Source: Anthoceros angustus (taxonomy: Eukaryota > Plantae > Anthocerotophyta). From it: a stretch of 64,000 nucleotides of DNA. Positions 11,790 through 21,859 of the stretch are shown here, in pieces (position 1 is the stretch's first letter; every line of letters begins with the position of its first letter). The notes under the pieces were generated by a model, which did not search any database, was not told the origin of the DNA, and saw only the letters and a list, made by a program, of their open reading frames with translations. The DNA lies in NCBI GenBank assembly GCA_010909165.1, contig MU008170.1, forward strand, positions 248,001 to 312,000. Reading direction: 5' to 3'. The translations under genes were made by a program, and so were the position numbers.

Positions 11790-13760
11790 TCTCACATCCT
11801 CAAGCCTGGGGACAAGGTTAAGGAGCCCTTCAAGCTCTTCTCCCATGAGCTTTCTTTGCTAGGCTTGAAGCTCAAGCTCTCCAAGTGCCGTGTTTGGTCC
11901 TTGTCGAGGATCCTCCCCACTTTGCAGCTCCCTACCAGGGAGCTTGCTCCGGCCTTGGGTTTACGAATTTTGGGGGTCTCCTTCGGCTCCCTTGACTTCA
12001 TCGGGAGCTTCCTGGAATAGGATCTCGTGGAGGACCTATCCCGTGTCGAGGACCTCCCTTTGCTCGGGGATGCTCAGGTGGCCTTCAAAATTCTTTCCTC
12101 TTGTTTCGCTAGGCGCCCTCGTTACCTCATCCGCACATTGCCCCCGTCTTCGGTTCTTCTATCTCGGCTGTAGGGGTTTGATAGGAAGATTATGGATACC
12201 CTAGAGGACATCATGGGCCCAGGGGCTTTCGAGTGCCCTGTGGGCGATTTGGCCTGCTAGCAAGCGTCCATGCCAGCACAATTTGGGGGCACCGGCCTGC
12301 TCTCACTAGAGGTTTCTTCCTCGGCGGCTTTTTTAGGCATTTGGGCCCTATTAGCCCCTGCTTTGCCCTCTCACTTCATTCTCCATGACAGGCCCTTTCT
12401 TGAGAATCTTGTATCTGGTGTGGAGGAGCAAACCTTCCCTCTCCAAAATTCCTTAAGGCAAGCTAGGGAAATGCTATCTGTAGGTGCTCGGCCGGAATCT
12501 CCTCCTTTCTCGACTTTCATCACTGATGGTTTCAGGTGGTTGCAGGTGTCGTTGCTTGAGAAGCAGCTCGGCCAGGCTTTTCAGTCCATCCTCCTGGACT
12601 CCTCCATCCCCAAGTCCACAAGAGCTCAACTTCGCTCTTGTTCTGGTAAGGGCGCAGACGCTTGGCTTCTGTCTTGTCCATGTATACGGGGTTTTGTCAT
12701 TGCACCAACCACCTTCACCACTGCAATGCGATTCTGTCTTGGCCTGCGCCAGTCTATGGTGTCTTCCCTCCTTACCTGCGAGCACGGCTCTGCCTTCGAT
12801 GACTCTAGGGTATAACTTGCTCATTGTTCTCAAAGGGGTCATCGCATCGCCACCCACGATGCCATCCGCGATGTCATGTCTACCATAACTCGCGAAAACG
12901 GCTACATGGCCTCGAGGGAGTGAGGGTACACTCTTCGAACAGGTCGCTCAATCAGGGTTGAATTGTACTTTGTCCGCGGTGACCCGGATTCGGTGGGGGA
13001 CATGGTGGTTGTTGACCCTGCTAGCGATACCTGATGATTACGCACACACACTTGCACAAAAGCTTGTTGCATTGCATAATAGAAAGTACATGCCTTTATA
13101 TAGGCCAAGTTGGTTGTAACCGTAAGTGATTATAACCAATAAGTAGTTGTGACTAATATAACAACTAACTACCTAAATAACTAAATAAAAAGAACTACTT
13201 AGTGCCCTAGAATTAATTAATAGTTAATTCTCGACGCCCTAGTGAATAGTGCCCTATTGGGTATAGATTTCATCAATACCATCTCCGCTCATGTCATCAC
13301 TAACCGTCCTGGTTGGGCTGCCACCGAAGCTAAGGCTCTCAAGGTCAGAAAGTACAGCGGGATGCAAGCGGGTCACCTCTTCATTCCGCTGGCACTTGAA
13401 ACGTATGGGGCAATGGCCAAGGACTTGGATAAATTTCTCAAGTCCTGTGCCAAATCCTCCCAAGCAGGCATGGCGTGGGGCTGTCTCTTTCCTATTTCTC
13501 AGCTTACTCCAAATAGTGAGTCTCTATTGCCCTTCAAAGGGCCCTCTCGACGACAATCCTTTACAATGCTTCTTCCTCGTTCTTCGTGGTTTACAAACCA
13601 TTTGTTCTACGTTTTGGGAGCCGTAGGTATCTTTAAGTAGGGTACATCTTTACCTCTAGGTATCTTTAGTCGCTCCTTTTGACCTTGACTCTCAGGGTTG
13701 TTCTTAGTTGTCGCCCTACTGGATGGGCTTTTTTCCATCATTTTTTTCCCTAAATAAAAT
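11790..13760 (+). mobile_element. 5'-truncated, degenerate CRE-clade non-LTR retrotransposon (RT C-terminus, Zn-finger, restriction-like endonuclease)
   Basis: Translated fragments GLRILGVSFGS..LPLLGDAQVAFKILSSCFARRPRYLIRTLPP, QASMPAQFGGTGL, RAQLRSCSGKGADAWL, AMRFCLGL, CEHG..HC..HRIATHDAIRDV and EAKALKVRKYS..FIPLALETYG are typical of CRE/RLE elements. Stops and frameshifts are present, with an ~220-bp AT-rich insertion at ~13032-13255 and aataaa near 13753. Confidence 0.8.
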
Positions 13761-14229
13761 ATTCCCTTTTCGATACAGAGAGATGTCTTTATGTGAACAA
13801 CACAACATAGCTGACCTCATCTTCACAAATATAGTTTGACCATGAAGGACGTCAGCAAAACTACACCAGTAAAGTGTGATTACCGAGATGTCATAAAAAA
13901 ACCAGCCAATTTGATATACAATCTAGACAAAAATTAAATTTCCTTTAAAATTTGGCCTCACAGCCATAAGCCCAGCTAGAGGACATGAGTCCAATTTAAG
14001 ACTCGGGGATATTTTGGGTTTAAAAGAACTGACCAAGTATTTATGAAAAGACATATGAAGGAACACACAAAGGAACATATGAAGGAATGTGTGGATGCAC
14101 TCCCGCTGTCGCCCTGTCGCCATCCCGCGCTCAATATTGAGTTGTTCCTTAGCCCTGAGACAAAGCCTGGATGCATCTCCTGCACTTGCTTGCCCACGTC
14201 CAGTCGACGGTCGCGCCAAGGATGCAGGC

Positions 14230-14960
14230 TGATCACATCACATCGCAAGCTCAAGCTCCAGCGGCTATAATTAGCGCTTGTGTGCAATTTTGTGGGTACC
14301 TTTATGTGCGGCAATTTGCTTGTTTGCGACAATCAGACTTATGTGCAGTTTTGTGGGTAATCAGCTGCCTTGTGTGCATTTTTGTGGCTAATCAGCCTTG
14401 AGTTTGGTATGTGCCTTGTATGCCTTTGTGTGGCCTTGTGTGCTCTATGTGGCTTCTTAAATGAGCCCTTCCTTTGTGCGCTATGTGGTAATCAACCTTG
14501 TGTGCATGATGTGAGCTCACCACATCGCAAGCTTAAGCTCCGGCGTCTGTAATCAGCGCTTGTGTGCATTTTTGTAGTAATCAGCCTTGTGTGCGATTGG
14601 CAATTGATCAGCGTTGTGCGGCTTCTGGAATCAACCCTTAAGTGTGATGTGTTACAATGAAGAATTTGAGCTTGCTTCACGGTCTTGTGTGCACATGTGC
14701 ATGTGCTAGGCTTGTAAGGTTGCTCGAGTGGGTACCGAGGCGCAACTTCTTCGATTAGCCCTTGTATGTAGTGTTACAGTGAAGAACTTGAGCTTGCTTA
14801 CTGGTCTAATATGCACATATGCCAGTGCTAGGGTTAAGTGAGGTGCTAGGCTTGTGCAGGTGCTAGAGTGGGTGTTGAGGTGCAGCTTCTTTGATCAACC
14901 CTTGTGTGCGGTGTTACAGTGAGGAACCTAAGCCTACTTAATGGTCTTGTGTCCACGAAT
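14230..14960. repeat. Degenerate nested tandem repeats (~30-bp units, a duplicated ~50-bp block, three ~125-140-bp units)
   Basis: cacatcgcaagct(c/t)aagctcc at ~14239 and ~14521. gtgttaca(a/g)tga(a/g)gaa at ~14648, ~14772 and ~14911. Multiple tgtgtgca..taatcagcctt units. Confidence 0.75.
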
Positions 14961-15238
14961 GCATGATCTGCATGGTTGCACAAATGGTGGCCTCTTGCGG
15001 TGGCTCCAGAGGTGGTGCCATAATCATATGAGTTGGTTCTCCCCTTGAAAACCTTAAAAAGTGACAAAACCGAGCAATATGCCCTGGCCGCGGACAACGA
15101 TAACATATAATAGGTAGCCAAGATGAACTACGCACATACTGCAATTGTGGTTTTCGTTCCTCCATATCCTTACATGTCAAGCCTAGCGCTTGCATGAAGT
15201 TCATCCCTCCAAATGAAACCCCTCAGTTTCCCTCCTTT
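14938..15238 (-). CDS. Exon encoding a CCHC zinc knuckle (copy A); gene model incomplete
   Basis: ORF 14938-15204 contains CYRCPRPGHIARFC (CX2CX4HX4C). A candidate acceptor ..gtctcaaag lies upstream. It is homologous to 20864-21280. Confidence 0.6.
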
Positions 15239-15525
15239 GAGACATGGGACGTGTGATTTGATTTGATTTAGTGCAGTACTTAAAGTTCATGTACTTGTTA
15301 TACATAAGAAGAGGTAAGAGAGACATACATAGCCAATATTAAACACGATAGTATTTAAAGCGGCTCAATATACGAAGCCGCTTTATACAAAATGGAAGCC
15401 ACTTACGGAAAAACGTGACAGTAACAAAAACACAGCAGTTCCTACGTGTGTAGTAAATTCGCACATGGTTTCTAGGGTTTTATAAAAGAGTAGTTTACAA
15501 CATTGGAATAAGATAGACATGGTCA

Positions 15526-15666
15526 TGGGCGCCGGCATGCCGGCGCCCAAGACCGTTTTACATCAATCCAATAATATAGCGGTGCGTAGATTACCCAAAA
15601 TAATAGCGTCTAGCATACATGCTGCGCCAAGGATAAAAGATATGGGTGCTAGCATGCCGGCGCCCA
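15526..15666. repeat. GC-rich palindromic boxes
   Basis: Perfect 24-bp palindrome tgggcgccggcatgccggcgccca at 15526-15549. Degenerate copies at ~15606-15630 and 15643-15666 (tgggtgctagcatgccggcgccca). Confidence 0.85.
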
Positions 15667-15711
15667 CCCTGCAGGCACATGTTCGACAAATGTAACGGGC
15701 CTAAAACAATG

Positions 15712-18700
15712 TCATTGCTGCAGTCTAGGTGGAAAGGTCTTCAGGTCTTCCATTCCGATTTGAGTCTCTGGAGGGCATTGCCCATGCACGCTATCCATGA
15801 CCACTTCTAGTCCTTTCAGTCGAGCATGCTCCGTGTCTTCAAAGTTGTCATTTTCCTCCATCGCATTATCTTCGTCGGTATGGTCTTCTTCCGCGCCATT
15901 GTTGGAGTCGTTTTGTGGCCAAACAGCGTTTAGGGTCTGCTGCCCATCGTTCAGGATCTCAATGGCTTTCTCCTTCCTTCTGTTAACTGCCAAACGAACA
16001 ACCTGCAACTGAGACCCATCCTTTTCAGACAAACTCACCTGTCATGCAATGTGACACTAATCTTTGCACTTGGGTTTAGTGTTTGATTAACATTATTTAA
16101 TATAATTACTTATCTTTAAGTAAGTAATTAGTATTAATTAATCTAAAGCACTTGTGTTGGTTAAACATTGATTAGTGTAATTAAACGTGGTTAACAATAG
16201 CTAAGTAGATAACAAAGCACAAGTAATATGCTTTAGCATATTCCTTGCATATTATAGTGTATTCTTAGGATGTTTTCGACATATGCTGGTGTCAATAGGA
16301 TATCTTAGGAATATGCCGATGCCAAGGGCTAGTATATATAGACCCTTTCACAGAGGACAACCTCAAATCATAGCTTCTCCTCTAGATATGCAATGCAAGA
16401 GTGTTGTGAGGAGGCCCTCTAGGTATGCAATGCAAAAGTGTTGTGAGGAGGCCAAAGCTATGACTCTGAGAACGATGTGTGAGGAATTTGCGTGTTGCTC
16501 TCGTAGGGAGAGTATATTTGTGCCATGACGTGCAAGGTACTCTCTCCTACTGTTATTGGTTTGCACCTATATTTGCATATTAGATTTGTTTTGCTTAGTT
16601 GTCTGTTGAGGAAGTGCTTATATGAATGCAAGTGCTTACCTCGTGCGACACACCTCTTTTGCCCAGAACGAGGTCAGGCCCCGACGACGTGGTTCATGAT
16701 TCAACTCCTCTTTAGCGTCCGGCAGCACTTCGTAGCCATGGATCATGTGAGGAATAAACTCTGCGCACGTCTTGTCTACCTCGATTGCAATGCAGTTGCG
16801 TCCACAGAGCAAGGCTGCCAAAGTTGTTGACCCGCTCTCAGCACAAGCATCCAAAATCCAATCCCCCTCCTTTGAGAAGCTTTTAATGAGTCTCATCATC
16901 AAAGCCAAAGGCCTTTGATAAGCACAGACCACTAGCTTGTCCAATGATGTGTACAACAACTTCTTCACCACTGTAGGATGCCCGATGACTGCCCGCCTAT
17001 TGCTGAAAGATTCAGGGATGTTAGTGGGGATCATGGAAACTTTGGTCTTCTTGCTACTCGATGTTAAACCCCACCCTACAGTCACGTACTCCACAGTGTC
17101 GTACCTACCCAAGTCATTGTACATATTTGTTTTGTCTCATAGAAAAGAGGCCAATCCTCCTGCTCTACACCACTTTCGCATTGCCTCTCTGACCATATGC
17201 TGCTCTTCAACACCATGCATCACTATCATTCTCATCTCCTGGTAGCTCGTCATGTCATAGAATGAATGGAATATTGTACCCAATTGACTATGGTTTAACT
17301 TCACATCATGTTTTCCCTTGTTGAATTCTCTGGGCATGTCCATCACCATGAGGGTGTACTTGCGGATCCTAAGAAACCCTCTCATGTCTGCTGCATCCCT
17401 TGCAATGACTTGGTACTTCAGAATGTCCATCGTTTTTGGCACTGTGAAAGATTGAAGCCCTTCCTCCATGTCCATATGTACCACTGCCCTCTGCTCATTT
17501 TCCGGCCCTTCCTCTATGTCCATGTCTGCCAGTGCTCTCTGCTCATTTTCCAGCCCTTTCCATGTGTGAACCTCAAGAATAAATGCTTGAAAATCCAGCA
17601 GCTTTTTAATCAGGCAGCTTTTTAAGGTCTTCGACATCTTTGACTTGCTGCATGTTTTGGCAAACGACCAGGTTTAGTGGGTAATACTGCAAGGGCACGA
17701 CTAGCAAGGGCGCCAGCATGCAAACATTTCCAAGAATGGACGAAAGTGTGGTTACCTTGCCTTCAAAAGCAGTTTGAAACCTTGCTATCACTTCATCGGA
17801 GGAGTGTTGAGGGTATTTTTGTCTCACCATGTCGAATGAGTCACATACCAAATGTTTTGCCATGGCCACTTGTATCACGTGAAATTTCTTGCGTAAGGTT
17901 ACCTCCTTCGCCATGTCGTTGAGGTCCAAGAGTCCCGTTAGTACCTTCTTTGTTGCACATATCAACATCTACTGACCAGACTCTCCTGGTGGGATCCCTT
18001 GAAAGCTTTGCCAGGGCTTCCCCTGCATCTCTTTGGGTTTGACAAAAACCCCGTCAACCTACTTCATCTCGTCAGTTGCCTTCCGCTTTCCCTTGTTCTT
18101 CTTACTTGTTCCAGCTGCTACTTGCTTCACTTGCTCAGGGAGCTCTCCACTTCTCATGCGGGAAGATGTCCTTACGTTGGCAGTAACTGCCACCTTCCTG
18201 AATCTTGTACCGCAACTTCACGCCCGCCGTCTTCTTTGCGCATGTCCTTGGGTCATGACTACTTGCCTATAACGGTTGCTGACAACTCTGAGGTTCTGGC
18301 TTGCTGCATGTTAGCCGTCCTCTTGCCATCGTCCATGCATCATCCTTCCCAAATTAGGCCCCCTCCGCCACACCCCCAAGGCCTCCCTTTCTTCGGACTT
18401 CCCTCAGGTCTACTCCGGGGCTCCACCGGAGTTGCTCCCATCGCCCCACGGTATCACCTTGCAAAACCCTTCCGCGGACCTCACCTATCTCGGGCTACCG
18501 CGGCTGGGCTGGATCAGCCTTATTATCCACGCAAACCGCCTTATTCCTCACAACAAAACCCAAAGAAAACAAAAAAAACTCCGGTTAATCGTTCTTAAGG
18601 GGGAGTCAAACATCCTTCCCTTGTCCACACCTTCCATACTTCGTATTGCTGACCATTGAACCTCTTCGCAGGGATCCCAGCTCCCTTCGCAGAGGCGGCG

Positions 18701-18900
18701 CTTCACATCTTCATGTGTCGCGAGCGTCGATCAAAGGGACCTTGCTTGGTACACCAATGATCATCATTCAATGGGAAAATGAACTTCTCAAGAATAGTAA
18801 TCATCCTGCTCTGTTGAATGAGGAGGCTGTGGATGCAAGATTCAAGACTGGTAAGATCGCGCGCTCTAGTCAATGTGCCGTCTCGTAGGCAAATAGGTCG
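15712..18900 (-). pseudogene. Intron-containing beta-class N6-adenine/N4-cytosine DNA methyltransferase (N6_N4_Mtase-like), disrupted
   Basis: Motif order is as in beta amino-MTases: (G/R)DAADM..YTLMVMDMPR (motif IV-like), (W)DK, EYVTVGW, then YQRPLALMMRLIKSFSKEGDWILDACAESGSTTLAALLCGRNCIAIEVD (motifs X, I, II; compare QKPxxLxxrlI..S..GDxVLDPFxGSGTT..A...GR..IGIEID). Phase-0 GT-AG introns are predicted at 16039-16653 and 17648-17755. Lesions: in-frame TGA at 17137-17139, a 16-bp tandem duplication frameshift at ~17593-17625, and TAG stops at ~17969 and ~18059. The 5' end is uncertain. Confidence 0.85.
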
Positions 18901-19539
18901 CTGATCTTGGAGATTGCTGGTGTGTCGATTGCAGGTGCCACAGTTGTTAGATGTAGGGATTGCAGTCTAACTTTTGATGGGTGTGCCGCAGGTGCAGGTC
19001 GGAAGAGTCTGTCCACGCGACGAAGGCCCTGAGGTACGGGTGCTGGTATAACAGGCCTCCAGGAGTGCCTACGCCTCGCCATTGTCTTAGACTTCAGCGA
19101 ACTGCTTTGAGGTGTCCGCGCTGCGAAAGTTGAGGATTGGCCTCGGATCTGAATAGATGGCTTAGAGTAGTCATGTAGTCAGATCCTTGATTAGATTAGT
19201 CCTTTTTAATCATGTTTGGGTTAACATAGTGACGTAGGTGGTGGGGCTTGCACAGTATGGGTATTGTTTATAGGAAAAACACTGGAGTATGTAAGTTAAT
19301 GACCATAGCTGAATCATAAAACACAAAGGTATACTCTCAGATCTAAGATCAAGACCCTAATTTTCGACCTTTTTGCATGACCATAAGGTTGAGATGCCAT
19401 TTTGGTGCCCATAAAAAAAGCCGGTTATACACTAAAAGCCACTTCATGTATATTGAGCCACTTCAAATATTACGGTGTTATTGTTGGATATTTAATATTG
19501 TACTAAAGTTCACCCTGGGCCATAGGGTAAAGTTCGAGG

Positions 19540-20260
19540 GTGAGGCCCAAGGTGAAGATCTGGGGGGTAAGGAGTGCTCCCATTTTGGGGGCAAGGCGGT
19601 GAGCGATGTTTGACGAGGTACCCTCGGTCATGGTGTCTGGGGGTTGCTCGACTTTTGTGCCCGTAGGGGTGGGGGCGTTGGTACTACATATATCTATGTC
19701 GGTAGGCAACGGTTTGAGGGTGCCGGCCATGGAGAATGTGTTTGGGGAGGCAATGACCTTCCAGGTCTTGCCCAAGAACCTAGATTTCGAGGAGTTGGTT
19801 GAAATGCAATGGAAGTGAAGCGCTAGCAAGGCACATTGCTGCTAATCCAAATGTTGTGCAAGATGAGGTTGTTAGGGTCAAACTTGGGCCTTGAATCTCC
19901 CTGAGTCCTACAAAATCCGGGTTATCGATCAGGGGAACGAGGAATGGATCTTTGTATTCACTACGGGCCAGGAGACCACCGTAGTTGCCCATAATGCCAT
20001 AGTTGCTAATTTTTTTTTTTTTTGCGGGAATCACAGTTACTGAGTTGGGTATGTTTGTAACAAAGGTGGTAGGTGTTGAACCGGTTTATGTTCATTTGCT
20101 AAAGGATGGTTCTTTCCATGTCCAGCTTCACTCGATTACTGAAGTTGCAATATGTTGCTCAACTCTTACGGGCTGTTACGTGACAAAGCACTCCTCATTT
20201 TGGAACGGTGAAAAGCAGATATCGTATTGAACACGGAAGAGTTACGTAGAAGGTAAACTT
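19540..20260 (+). mobile_element. Possible degenerate L1-type ORF1 fragment
   Basis: Broken ORFs 19606-19818 and 20003-20230. FFAG..VHLLKDGSFHVQLHS resembles the DUF4283-type ORF1 N-terminus, judged by eye only. Confidence 0.3.
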
Positions 20261-20863
20261 GTGTGGGTAACAAACATGAAATTTGCGAGTGAAATGCCTA
20301 AACTAAGTGGTGAACCACTAGTCCGTAAATGTCCCCAGTTGTTCTACATTCTAATGATCCTTCATTAATATCAAAATATCACATAAATTCATATTTGGCT
20401 AAATTGCCTTATTTCTTGTAACATGATAAACATGCTTTTGATGCTGTGTTGTTGGGATGTTGTGTTGTTGTACCTTCTAGCACATAGCGTGTAAAAATTA
20501 ACCTTCTATCTATCAACCTAATAATTAATATATATATGCATCTTCTTCATCTAGGCCCTCCGCTTTCTTAAAGCTAACCGCAATGCCACGCAAGTTATTG
20601 AAGATTTTACACACAACAAAAGACTTGTGAGCTATAAAAATGTGTGACTCCCAATTAACCTATGCTCAAATATGCGTAATCAGCTAATTATGTTTAGTAC
20701 ATGTACCTACGATTGTCTCGAGCTCGCCTGGTTTGTCTAGAAACCCTTCCATAAGTGCATCCACCCGGCTTTGTATGTGGTAGGGATCCTCCTCATCCGG
20801 GGCCAATTGCAACTCAGGCTCATGTGTAGGAGCTATTTTGAATTTTTCCATCCTTGAAATTTC

Positions 20864-21280
20864 TCAAATGGTGGTTGTGGTGGCTCCAAAGCGATCGGCA
20901 ACCTTATGAATTGCTTCTCCTCTTGAAAATGTCTCAAATGGTGGTTGCGGTGGCCCCAAAGGCGGTCTGCAACCATATGAGTTGGTTCTCCTTGGAAATA
21001 GAGGAAAGTGACAAAACCGCAATATGCCCGTGACAACGATAACATATAATAGGTGGCGAGATGAACCACGCACATGCTGCAATTGTGGTCTCCGTGCCTC
21101 CATATCCTTACGCGTAAAGCCTAGCTCTTGCGTCAAGTCCGTCCTTTGAATGAAGCTCGTCAATTTCCCTCCTTTGAGACTTGGGGCGTGGGACTTGATT
21201 TAGTTAAGTGGAATAAAATTCTTATTCTTCTTTTTAACATAGAAAGAAGTAAGACAAGTCTACATATATAGTCAATATTA
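20864..21280 (-). pseudogene. Degenerate paralogue (copy B) of the zinc-knuckle exon at 14938-15345
   Basis: Shared blocks atatgagttggttctcc, aaagtgacaaaaccg, gacaacgataacatataataggt, tgcaattgtggt, cctccatatccttac and tttccctcctttgagac. The knuckle CYRCH..GHIA..FC is disrupted by small deletions. Confidence 0.75.
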
Positions 21281-21859
21281 TTGGATATTCAATATTTTTA
21301 GTGTAATATTTCAAAGACCAAGGCACAATTCTTCCTTGGACCTTGGACCTTGGACCGTGTAAAAGGTAGAAGAAAAGTGAGTACCGATATACTATATTGT
21401 ATGTCAAAGGCCAAGGATAGATATCATATTTTTAAAATGATTATGATCTATCTAGAGTTTGTGTTAGAGAAATTAGGAGGACAATCCTCTCCTTTTACGG
21501 ATATGTGTTGTCCTTACTATGTAGGCGCCCAAATTCTCACACATAAAATCTTGCACAATAACCTTTCAATAAATGATAAATAATAAATTATTTTTATACT
21601 TAGATTATTACTGTATAATATCTATAAAAGATATTAACTACTCTCTATGCTTCAACATAGACCTGAATCTTTGACCACCTATAAAAATGTTCTATTGTAT
21701 ATGCATAATCTCCATAGACTTGTTGGCAATGATTTGCAAGTCTCGAAAGGAACAACAAGAAATGGAGTTCCGTGGATGGTTAAAACTTCTAAAAGAGTGA
21801 TGCAGTGGAAGATAGAGCATAAGAGGTGACCAAGCTACAATCCAAGATAATCTTATGTA

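Noticed and set aside
13032-13255. AT-rich insert in the CRE element as a solo LTR
   Set aside because: It starts with TG, but no clean CA end or TSD could be found.
14981-21280. Flanking direct repeats as LTRs of a retrotransposon carrying the MTase
   Set aside because: No TG..CA ends, PBS, PPT or pol. The repeats are coding exons with adjoining intron-like sequence.
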